From assembly GCA_021199635.1 (NCBI GenBank), contig JAJQHS010000030.1:27898-91897 (forward strand): a stretch of 64,000 bases of DNA, read 5' to 3'. Under the pieces are notes generated by a model. The model made no database searches. It was not told the origin of the DNA and saw only the letters and a program-made list of their open reading frames with translations. Made by a program: the position numbers and the translations under genes. This DNA is from Bacillota bacterium (lineage in GTDB: Bacteria; Bacillota; Clostridia; Oscillospirales; Oscillospiraceae). Below, one piece after another: positions 54,182-63,078 of this stretch; the stretch's first letter is position 1; the number at the start of each line of letters is the position of its first letter.

Positions 54182-56179
54182 TCAGAGCTGGCCCAGCAGC
54201 GCCGCCGGGCGGCCGCCGCGCAGGAACACCGGCAATGTGTCCAGCGGCGCGGGCACCGTGACCGTCTGCCCGCCGGCATAGATTTCGCCTGTCCCGGCGT
54301 GGACCCAATCCGCCCCCTCCGGCAGGTACACATCCCGGCTGCGCGCGCCGGGCCGGCACACCGGCGCCACCAGCACGTCCGGGCCGAACAGGTAGGTATC
54401 CCCGATCTCCCAGCACTTCGGGTCCTGGGGGAACTCGTAGAACAGGGCGCGGATCAGCGGCGCGCCGGTTTCGTGGGCCTGGCGCATCAGGCTGCGGGTG
54501 TAGGGGCGCATCCGCTCCCGGATTTTTACAAATTTTACCAGAATGGGGTACGCCTCCTCGCCGTAGCTCCAAAGCTCGTTGCCGGCGCCGGTGCCCTCCC
54601 GCACCTCCCCGGCGGCGTTGACGATGGGGGTCATGGGCTGGCGGGAGCCGTGCAGCCGCATCACCGGGCTGAACGCGCCGAACTGGAACCACCGCACCAG
54701 CAGCTCCCGGAAGGCGGGGTCCTCCGGGTCGCCCCCGTGGAAGCCGCCGATGTCCGTGTTCCACCAGGGAATGCCCGCCAATCCCATATGGATCCCGGCG
54801 CAGATCTGCCGGCGGAAGTCCTCATAGGTTGACATAATATCCCCGGACCAGACCAGCGCCCCGTAGCGCTGGCTCCCCGCCCAGGCGCAGCGGATCAGGT
54901 TGACGATCTCCGTCTGCCCCAGGGCGCGCTGGCCCTCGTAGAATGCCCGGGCGTATTCCCGGGGGTAGAGGTTCCCCACCTCCGCCGCCGGACCTGCCCA
55001 GTAGCGGTAATTGTCGAAATCGCTGGGGCTGAACCCCGGCTCCGCCTCATCCAGCCAGAAGGCGCGGATGCCCAGGTCGGCATAGTTCCGGCGGCATTTT
55101 TCCCACATATACTGCCGGGCGCGGGGATTGGTGGCGTCCGTAAATACGTTGTTCCCGTGGAAGATCATCTGCACGTCCACGCCCACGTCGCTTTTCATCA
55201 GCAGCCCCTGCTGCTTCATTTCCCCGTAATTTTCGCTCTGCCAGTCCACCTCCGGCCAGACGGAGACCATGGTCTCCATGCCCATTTCCTTCAGCTGCGC
55301 CACCATCGAGGCGGGGTCCGGGAAATACTCCGGGTCGAAGCGCCAGTCGCCGCAGCGGGGCCAGTGGTAATAGTCGATGATCATCACATCCACGGGGATG
55401 CCCCGGCGGTGGTATTCCCGCGCCACATCCAGCACCTGCTGCTGGTTATAGTAGCGCAGCTTGCACTGCCAGAAGCCCAGGCCGTACTCCGGCATCATGG
55501 GCACCTTCCCGGTGGCGGTGGCGTAGGCCTCCACGATTTGGGCGGGGGTATCCCCGGCGGTGATCCAGTAGTCCAGCTGCCGGGTGGCGGAGGCCTCCCA
55601 TTCGGTGGTGTTGGTGCCAAAATGCACCTGGCCGATGGCGGGATTGTTCCACAGGAAACCATAGCCCAGGCTGGACACGCAGAAGGGGATGCTGATCTGG
55701 GAATTCCGGTGGGCAAGCTCCAGGTTGCACCCCTTCAGATTGAAGATCTCCTGCTGGTACTGCCCCATGCCGTAGAGCTTCTCCCCGGGGTCGGAGCGGA
55801 AGCTGGCGCGCAGGAAGAAGCTGCCGCCGGGCAGGGCTTTGTACAGCCGCGCCTTGTGCTGCATGGGGCCGCCGCCGGCGATCTCCTGCAGCAGCAGCTT
55901 GCCATCCTGATTGTAAAAGGAGACCTGCAGCGCGTTCCCCCAGGGGAGGACGGTCAGCTCCGCCCGGATGCGGCCGTTGGTGATGGAGGCATGGGTATCC
56001 TCCACCCGGATCACCGGCCGGGTGGCCTCCGGCTCCAGCAGCGCGCCGCTGTCCGGCAGGATGTCCGCCAGGATGCGCCCGCGCAGCCGCAGGCTGTCCC
56101 GCCCCCAGGGGGAGAGCATGACAGTCTCCCCATTTTCCCGGAAGATCAGATTGCCGTCCTTTTCTTCAAAAAAGCCCAT
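54182..56179 (-). CDS. Glycoside hydrolase family 31 (alpha-xylosidase / alpha-glucosidase-like)
   Basis: 665 aa. GH31-typical blocks (IDYYHW, FWLDEAEP, WSGDIMSTYEDF). Follows the HAD gene by 19 nt. Confidence 0.88.
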   Translation of the reverse strand: MGFFEEKDGNLIFRENGETVMLSPWGRDSLRLRGRILADILPDSGALLEPEATRPVIRVEDTHASITNGRIRAELTVLPWGNALQVSFYNQDGKLLLQEIAGGGPMQHKARLYKALPGGSFFLRASFRSDPGEKLYGMGQYQQEIFNLKGCNLELAHRNSQISIPFCVSSLGYGFLWNNPAIGQVHFGTNTTEWEASATRQLDYWITAGDTPAQIVEAYATATGKVPMMPEYGLGFWQCKLRYYNQQQVLDVAREYHRRGIPVDVMIIDYYHWPRCGDWRFDPEYFPDPASMVAQLKEMGMETMVSVWPEVDWQSENYGEMKQQGLLMKSDVGVDVQMIFHGNNVFTDATNPRARQYMWEKCRRNYADLGIRAFWLDEAEPGFSPSDFDNYRYWAGPAAEVGNLYPREYARAFYEGQRALGQTEIVNLIRCAWAGSQRYGALVWSGDIMSTYEDFRRQICAGIHMGLAGIPWWNTDIGGFHGGDPEDPAFRELLVRWFQFGAFSPVMRLHGSRQPMTPIVNAAGEVREGTGAGNELWSYGEEAYPILVKFVKIRERMRPYTRSLMRQAHETGAPLIRALFYEFPQDPKCWEIGDTYLFGPDVLVAPVCRPGARSRDVYLPEGADWVHAGTGEIYAGGQTVTVPAPLDTLPVFLRGGRPAALLGQL

Positions 56180-56198
56180 GTTTCCGCTCCCTTCCGGA

Positions 56199-56909
56199 TC
56201 ATTTCCACAGGGTATCCACGTATTCCATCAGCTGCCGGAAGCTGCCGTGGGGGCGGGCGGAGATGTCCGCGCCCTGGGAATTGATCAGGCAGTCGGTGAG
56301 CAGGAACACCCGGATGCCCGCCTGCTCCGCGGCGCCGTCCTCCGTCACGTCGTTGCCCACCATCAGGCAGTCCTCCGGCGCGGCGCCCAGGTGCCGCAGC
56401 ACCTGGGTGTAGTAGGCGGGGTTTGGCTTGCAGAAGCCGATATTTTCGTAGGTGGTGATCCATTCAAAATCCTCCGGCGCCAGCCCCGCCCAGCGGATGC
56501 GGCTGTGGGTGGCGGTGGCGGGGAAGATGGGATTCGTGGCCAGGGCGACGGAATATCCCCGCGCCTGCAGGGCGCGGACCGTCTGCGCCGCCTCCGGATT
56601 GCAGCCGCAGAAGGCCCTGGCCTGCTGGAATTCCACCCGGTAGAATTCCTCGAACGCGGGCTTGTCCGCATACACATGCTCCCCCAGGCGCCCGGCGAAC
56701 ACCCGCCAGAAGGCATCCTCGTTGGTGCAGCTGCCGTCGTTTTTCACCATGGCCTCCGTCCCTGCCAGCACGGCGCTGACCAGCTCCGACGGCTCGTAGC
56801 CCCGGGGGGCCAGCTTTTTGGCCAGCAGGCCAAAATAGCCCCGGGTAAAGGTTTCCAGATCCATGGGCAGCAGCGTGCCGTCCAGGTCAAATAAAATATG
56901 CTTTTGCAT
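56199..56909 (-). CDS. HAD-superfamily hydrolase/phosphatase
   Basis: 236 aa from the ATG at 56909 (RBS GGAGGAGG). Motif I FDLDGTLL and C-terminal GNDVTED. Confidence 0.85.
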   Translation of the reverse strand: MQKHILFDLDGTLLPMDLETFTRGYFGLLAKKLAPRGYEPSELVSAVLAGTEAMVKNDGSCTNEDAFWRVFAGRLGEHVYADKPAFEEFYRVEFQQARAFCGCNPEAAQTVRALQARGYSVALATNPIFPATATHSRIRWAGLAPEDFEWITTYENIGFCKPNPAYYTQVLRHLGAAPEDCLMVGNDVTEDGAAEQAGIRVFLLTDCLINSQGADISARPHGSFRQLMEYVDTLWK

Positions 56910-56998
56910 AGTTCCTCCTCCTGCCGCGCCGCAAGCGGCGCGAAAAATGCTTTCCGCACCAGTATAGCACATTCCGGCGGCGGGGGGAATCTTTTTTG

Positions 56999-57010
56999 GG
57001 GAAATTTCCC
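56999..57010. promoter_or_regulatory. Perfect 12-bp palindrome GGGAAATTTCCC upstream of the candidate HAD/GH31 promoter
   Basis: Read directly. The centre lies 38.5 bp upstream of a TGC-TATACT extended -10 (56961-56966, minus strand). Same core as 44785-44798. Confidence 0.4.
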
Positions 57011-57223
57011 GATAAAAAGGAACAGCCGCCTGCGGGAAAGTGAAAGAAACCGCAGGCGGCCGGACGCTCCACAGGAGGGATACCATGTGGAGGTCGGAGG
57101 CAATAACTATGCGCGGGTGGCTGCTCTGCCTCCCGCACGCAAAAGAATACCACATTTTTCACGGTGATTTCAAGATGTGACAGAAATTGTGACGGACAAT
57201 TGAAAGAAAATAGGCACATTCTA

Positions 57224-57252
57224 TTGCATTCTCCTGAAAATTCGTGTATAAT
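57224..57252 (+). promoter_or_regulatory. Predicted sigma-A promoter of the HTH regulator gene
   Basis: TTGCAT, 17 nt, TATAAT (preceded by TG). Confidence 0.6.
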
Positions 57253-57305
57253 TTCCCCGATTGTTTCATAAGGTTCAAATTTATCGAAGAAGGAAGAATT
57301 TTCTT

Positions 57306-58742
57306 ATGTCAAAATTTTCAGACTATCTTTCCCGTCTGATCGACGAAAGCGGGGAGTCCATCGCCGCATTGTCCCGGAGCGTCGGCGTGGAGCGCACCTC
57401 CATCCACAAGGCACTGACGGACGAGCGGAAGCTGCCCTACAAGGCGGTGCAGGCGCTGGCGGACCATTTCCGCCTTTCCTTTGAGCAGCGGCATGAATTT
57501 TTCCGGCTGTACGGCATGTTCCTCCAGGGGGAGGACGTGTGGAACAACCGCCAGGCCATCTGCGAGCTGTTCAACCACCTGGCGGCGCTGGAATTCCGTG
57601 CCGCGCCCATCCAGCCCCAGGATACGCCCCCCGCGCTGGAGGCCGGCATGATCAAGGGGGAGTTCGCGGTGGCGGAAGCCATCCGCTCCGTCCTGCGCTA
57701 TGAGGTCAGCCACGGCGAGGACACCCGGATCCAGCTCTTCCTGCCCCCGCACAGCCAGCTGACCGACGACCTGAACGCCCTGTGGCTCAACGGCTTCCAC
57801 TTCCATGTGGATCAGCTTTTCTACCTGCCCGCCGTGACCGGGGAGGACGAGACCCCGGCGATCCGCCTGCTGGAGAGCATCATCCCGCTGTGCCTGGTGT
57901 CCGCAGGCGACTATGCCCCCTATTATTTCTATGACCATCCCGGCGCCGTGTGGATCAATCCCATGGATTACTATATCATCACCCCCCATTTCCTGTTCAT
58001 GATCTCCGCGGATCAGTCCACGGCGTACCTGTCCCGCTCGGAGGAAATGATCCTCTACTATTCCGACCATTTCCGCAGCCTGCTGGCCCAGTGCACCCTG
58101 CTGGCCCAGCCCATGCAGCCGCCGAAGACGGTCCTGGATGAGACCCTGGACTACCTGCAGAATACCGAAAATCTGCTGCCCTGCATCGCGTTTGCCCAGC
58201 CCTGCTTCGCCCGGTACTACACCCCGGAGCTGGTGAGCAAATATCTGCGGGTCCCCCCGGATGTGCCCTATGAGGCGCTGGTGGAATCCCTGATGGGGCG
58301 CTATGCCATGCTCCAGCGCGGCGGCGGCTACACCACGCTGTTCACCGAGGAGGGGGTGAAGCGGTTCGCGGACACCGGGGAGCTGACTGAGGTGCCGCCC
58401 CAGTACGCCCCGCCAATCAGCGTGGACGACCGCATACGCATCCTGAGCTGGTTCCGCCGGGATGTGGCGGATGGCACATACCGCGGCCTGATCGCCCGCC
58501 CATCCCGCCTGCGGCTGTCGGACTGCATGTATGTGATGGTATACAGAAACGTACTGTGGATCGATACGCTCAACGGATTTGCCTACGGCCCGTATTCCGT
58601 GTCCATCCGGGTGAAGGAGAGCGGGCTGGTCGGCGCGTTCTGCGACTTTGTCAACGCCCTGCCGGACAGCGGCCTGGTGTACTCCCGGGAGGAAACGCTG
58701 CGCATCCTGGACGAGGGCATCCAGCGCCTACAGAACCGGTGA
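57306..58742 (+). CDS. Transcriptional regulator with N-terminal XRE-type HTH and a ~400-aa uncharacterised C-terminal region
   Basis: 478 aa from the ATG at 57306. HTH segment ESIAALSRSVGVERTSIHKALTDER. I recognise nothing in the remainder. Confidence 0.7.
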   Translation: MSKFSDYLSRLIDESGESIAALSRSVGVERTSIHKALTDERKLPYKAVQALADHFRLSFEQRHEFFRLYGMFLQGEDVWNNRQAICELFNHLAALEFRAAPIQPQDTPPALEAGMIKGEFAVAEAIRSVLRYEVSHGEDTRIQLFLPPHSQLTDDLNALWLNGFHFHVDQLFYLPAVTGEDETPAIRLLESIIPLCLVSAGDYAPYYFYDHPGAVWINPMDYYIITPHFLFMISADQSTAYLSRSEEMILYYSDHFRSLLAQCTLLAQPMQPPKTVLDETLDYLQNTENLLPCIAFAQPCFARYYTPELVSKYLRVPPDVPYEALVESLMGRYAMLQRGGGYTTLFTEEGVKRFADTGELTEVPPQYAPPISVDDRIRILSWFRRDVADGTYRGLIARPSRLRLSDCMYVMVYRNVLWIDTLNGFAYGPYSVSIRVKESGLVGAFCDFVNALPDSGLVYSREETLRILDEGIQRLQNR

Positions 58743-58784
58743 TTCGGCACCGCATGTGCCGCGCACCCGGTGGCCGCAATATCC

Positions 58785-58838
58785 TGCCCCGTAGGGCCGT
58801 GTGCCCACACATGGCCGGCAGCCGGCCCGGATCTGGGG
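58785..58838 (-). repeat. Dispersed intergenic hairpin repeat, copy F (reverse orientation; core 58795-58816)
   Basis: The reverse complement reads CCAGATCCGGGCCGGCTGCCGGCCATGTGTGGGCACACGGCCCTACGGGGCAGG. Confidence 0.85.
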
Positions 58839-58849
58839 TAAACCCGCCA

Positions 58850-58889
58850 AAAGCAAAAATAATCAGGGGAGGGCGAGCGCCCTCCCCTG
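58850..58889 (-). terminator. Rho-independent terminator after psuG
   Basis: Stem CAGGGGAGGGC/GCCCTCCCCTG, followed on the minus strand by ATTATTTTTGCTTTT. Confidence 0.75.
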
Positions 58890-58910
58890 TGCCTTTGCGG
58901 GATGGTCAGT

Positions 58911-59831
<921 letters not shown>

Positions 59832-59865
59832 AGCGGATTCTCCTGTTCCATTTTGATTACCCGTT

Positions 59866-59894
59866 ATTTTACTCACCCGGCGGCGGATTGTCAA
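59866..59894 (-). promoter_or_regulatory. Predicted sigma-A promoter of psuG
   Basis: Minus strand reads TTGACA, 17 nt, TAAAAT, about 35 nt before the ATG. Confidence 0.65.
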
Positions 59895-60215
59895 TCCCAA
59901 GCCCAGTTTCCCCCGGATACGGCAATCATTCGCGTTTCTTCGGAAAACGCCAAAAATTTTCCACAAATCCAGGGGAAATGGAACGAGAATCTTTGCATTT
60001 CCCCGGAAATCCGGGCGCAATTCCGAAAAGGGACTGCGCCCGATTTTTCTGGAATTTCCCCTGGGAGGGGAAATTTTCTTTGAAAATCTCCATGATTTGG
60101 CTGAAAACCGGCCGAGCCGCCGAAAATTTCAAGAATTAACCCCATTTTGTCGAAATCTACCGGAAAAATCGGTAAAAATCAGGCGAAAATGTTCTATTTT
60201 CTTCTATTTCGTCAA

Positions 60216-60244
60216 TTGACCCACTGCAGGATTTCTGGTATTCT
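60216..60244 (+). promoter_or_regulatory. Predicted sigma-A promoter of hflK-hflC
   Basis: TTGACC, 17 nt, TATTCT, about 40 nt before the hflK ATG. Confidence 0.55.
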
Positions 60245-60286
60245 ATATCCATCAACCGATGCTTCGGCAAAAAAGGAGATACCATT

Positions 60287-61297
60287 ATGGAAGAAAACGG
60301 AACCTATCGCTGGTCCGCGGACCCGAATCCCCCGGCCCAGCGCCCCGCCCGTCCCCCGCTGACGGGAAAGAGGGTAATCCTGGCGGTGGTGGCCATCCTG
60401 GTGCTGATCGGCCTGGCCACCTGCTTCTACACGGTGGACGATAAGCAGCAGGGCGTGGTCACCACCTTCGGGCGCGTGACGGACGTCACCGACGCCGGCG
60501 TCCACTTCAAGCTCCCCTTTGGCATCCAGCAGGTATACAAGGTGGACGTCAACGTGTACCAGACCATCGAGCTGGGCTACACGACCAACAGCGATTCCGC
60601 CTCCGGCTATGACCTGGACGCCAGCGAGAGCATGATGATCACCGGCGACTACAACATCGTAAATGTGGAGTTTTTTGTGGAGTACAAGATCTCCGACCCG
60701 GAGCGCTACCTGTTCGGCTCCAATGATCCGGAGCTGATCCTGCGGAACCTGATCCAGAGCCAGGTGCGCAATGTGGTGGGCTCCTCCACGGTGGACGCGG
60801 TGCTCACCGACGGCAAGGAGAACATCCAGATGCAGGTGAAGGAGCTGGTCACGGAGATCCTGGAGAAATATGACATCGGCCTGTCCCTGGTGGATGTGAA
60901 GATCCAGGACTCGGAGCCGCCCACCAGCGAGGTCATCGAGGCGTTCAAGGCGGTGGAAACCGCCAAGCAGCAGGCCGAGACCGTGGTCAACGATGCCAAG
61001 GCCTACCAGAATGCCCAGATCCCCGCGGCCCAGGCGCAGGCGGACCAGCTGATCCAGAATGCGGAATATCTGAAGCAGAAGCGGATCAACGAGGCCTATG
61101 AGCAGGTGGCCATGTTCACCGCCTTGTACGAGCAGTACGCGGAAAATCCGGAGATCACCCGCTCCAGAATGTACTACGAGGCCATTTCCGAGGTTCTGCC
61201 CGGGGTGAAGCTGTACATCAACACCTCCGGAAGCAGCGATGTGCAGATGCTGCTGCCCCTGGAGACCCTGATCGAAACCACAGGAGGGAGTGACTGA
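60287..61297 (+). CDS. hflK: FtsH protease modulator HflK (SPFH/band-7)
   Basis: 336 aa. N-terminal TM helix and SPFH domain; paired with the hflC-like gene immediately downstream. Confidence 0.85.
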   Translation: MEENGTYRWSADPNPPAQRPARPPLTGKRVILAVVAILVLIGLATCFYTVDDKQQGVVTTFGRVTDVTDAGVHFKLPFGIQQVYKVDVNVYQTIELGYTTNSDSASGYDLDASESMMITGDYNIVNVEFFVEYKISDPERYLFGSNDPELILRNLIQSQVRNVVGSSTVDAVLTDGKENIQMQVKELVTEILEKYDIGLSLVDVKIQDSEPPTSEVIEAFKAVETAKQQAETVVNDAKAYQNAQIPAAQAQADQLIQNAEYLKQKRINEAYEQVAMFTALYEQYAENPEITRSRMYYEAISEVLPGVKLYINTSGSSDVQMLLPLETLIETTGGSD

Positions 61298-61298
61298 T

Positions 61299-62180
61299 AT
61301 GAAAAAATGGACAAAAGCCGCCATCGCCGCCGTGGTGCTCCTGCTGCTGGTGATCACGCTCGCAAACTCCGTGTTCACCGTCCGGGAGGATCAATACGCC
61401 TGCACTGTCCGCTTCTCCAAGATCATCGGCACCACCGGTGAGGCGGGGCTGCATTTCAAGGTGCCGTTCCTGGACAGCGTGAAGTATTTCTCCAAGGCGA
61501 CCATGCTCTACGACATTCCGCCCTCCGAGGTGCTGACCTCCGACAAGCAGAATATGACCGTGGACTGCTACGTGCTGTGGAGGATCACGGACCCGCTGCT
61601 GTTCTACCAGACCCTGGGAACCACCGCCGTAGCGGAGCAGCGGCTGGACGCGCTGACCTACAACGCGCTGAAAAATGCTATGGGCACGCTGGCGCAGGCG
61701 GACATCATCAACATGGAGGACGGCTCCCAGCGCAACCAGATCTATGAGGGCATCGCCACCTCCGTGGACGCCCTGGCGCAGAATTACGGCATCCAGGTGC
61801 TGGATGTGAAGATCAAGCAGTTCGACCTGCCGGAATCCAACCTGAACGCGGTGTACGCCCGGATGATCTCCGAGCGGAACCAGATGGCGGAGAAGTACAC
61901 CGCCGACGGCAATTACGACGCCTCCATCATCCGCAACGAGGTGGATAAGCAGGTGAACATCCTGATCTCCGACGCCCAGGCGGAGGCCGCCCAGCTGGAG
62001 GCGGAGGGCGAGGCGGAGTATATGCGCCTGCTGGCCGAGGCCTACGACACCGACGACAAGAAGGATTTCTACGAATTCTACCTGGCGCTGGACGCGCTGA
62101 AGGCAAGCCTGACCGGGGACGAGAAGACCGTCATCCTGGACGCCAATTCGGAGCTGGCGCAGATTCTGATGGGCGGCTGA
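61299..62180 (+). CDS. hflC: FtsH protease modulator HflC (SPFH/band-7)
   Basis: I prefer the ATG at 61299 (MKKWTKAAI...; GGAGGG upstream; 2 nt after the hflK stop). The track start is the GTG at 61290. TM helix plus SPFH domain. Confidence 0.85.
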   Translation: MKKWTKAAIAAVVLLLLVITLANSVFTVREDQYACTVRFSKIIGTTGEAGLHFKVPFLDSVKYFSKATMLYDIPPSEVLTSDKQNMTVDCYVLWRITDPLLFYQTLGTTAVAEQRLDALTYNALKNAMGTLAQADIINMEDGSQRNQIYEGIATSVDALAQNYGIQVLDVKIKQFDLPESNLNAVYARMISERNQMAEKYTADGNYDASIIRNEVDKQVNILISDAQAEAAQLEAEGEAEYMRLLAEAYDTDDKKDFYEFYLALDALKASLTGDEKTVILDANSELAQILMGG

Positions 62181-62209
62181 CCGCCGCAAAGGGAAAGGAG
62201 AGAAGCCGT

Positions 62210-62536
62210 ATGGCAATGCTGGAAAAGGTGATCCCGGAAGATCTGGACGCGCTGGCGCAGCGCATCCGGCAGGGCATTCTGGGCAACAGCGTTTCCGCCA
62301 CCCTGGAGGAGGATGCCCGGTACCGGGCCGGGGACGCCCGGTGCGCCGTGCTGGTGTTCGAGCGGTACAGCTACATAGGCGGCAACCGTGTCAGCATGAA
62401 CGTGACGCTGTTCCAGGCCGGTGACGGCCCCGTGCAGCTGTGCGCCGTTACATCCGGCGGCTCCAGGGCCGTGCTCTTCAAGATCAATACCGTAGGGGAG
62501 GAGAACTTCCTGCTGGACCTGGAAGAAATTCTATGA
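62210..62536 (+). CDS. Hypothetical cytoplasmic protein (108 aa) between the two SPFH modules
   Basis: RBS AAGGAG. No TM segment and no motif recognised. Confidence 0.6.
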   Translation: MAMLEKVIPEDLDALAQRIRQGILGNSVSATLEEDARYRAGDARCAVLVFERYSYIGGNRVSMNVTLFQAGDGPVQLCAVTSGGSRAVLFKINTVGEENFLLDLEEIL

Positions 62537-62601
62537 TTGACTGCCCGCCGGTTTTCTGGTATGCTATCCTTGTAGGAAATCAATAAAAGGAGGAATCCAC
62601 T

Positions 62602-63045
62602 ATGGAATTTATTTGGCTGATTCTGCTGGTCATTTTTCTGATCATCGAAGCCGCCTGCCCCATTCACCTGGTGTCCATCTGGTTCGCCGTGGGCGCGGTG
62701 GTGGCCATGCTGGTGCAGGCGCTGGGCGGCCAGGCCTGGCTGCAATGTGTGCTGTTCGTGGCAGTGTCCGGGGCGCTGCTGGCGGCGTTCTGGCCCATGT
62801 CCCGGAAGCTGATCAACGCCCGCCTCACCGCCACCAACGTGGACTCCGTCATCGGCTCCGAGGGCTACGTCATCGCCGCAGTGGATAACCTGGCAGCGGT
62901 GGGCACCGTGAAGCTGGGCGCTATGGAGTGGACCGCCCGCAGCACCTCCGGCGCGCCCATCCCGGAGGGAACCCTGGTGAAGGTGGACCGGATCGAGGGC
63001 GTCAAGGCATTCGTGACCCCGGTGGAAGTCACCACGCAAGTATAA
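62602..63045 (+). CDS. NfeD-family membrane protein
   Basis: 147 aa. N-terminal TM helices plus a C-terminal OB-fold-like domain (GTVKLGAMEWTARS). Typical partner of stomatin-type SPFH proteins. Confidence 0.85.
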   Translation: MEFIWLILLVIFLIIEAACPIHLVSIWFAVGAVVAMLVQALGGQAWLQCVLFVAVSGALLAAFWPMSRKLINARLTATNVDSVIGSEGYVIAAVDNLAAVGTVKLGAMEWTARSTSGAPIPEGTLVKVDRIEGVKAFVTPVEVTTQV

Positions 63046-63078
63046 CCCGAACCCAATCATAATTCAGGAGGTAATTTT

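Noticed and set aside
59888-60145. Three overlapping 68-84 aa ORFs in the psuG-hflK intergenic block
   Set aside because: They have no credible RBS, occur in mutually overlapping frames on both strands, and have odd F/W/K/P-rich composition. I treat the region as non-coding (see the finding for 59895-60215), although a micro-protein cannot be fully excluded.
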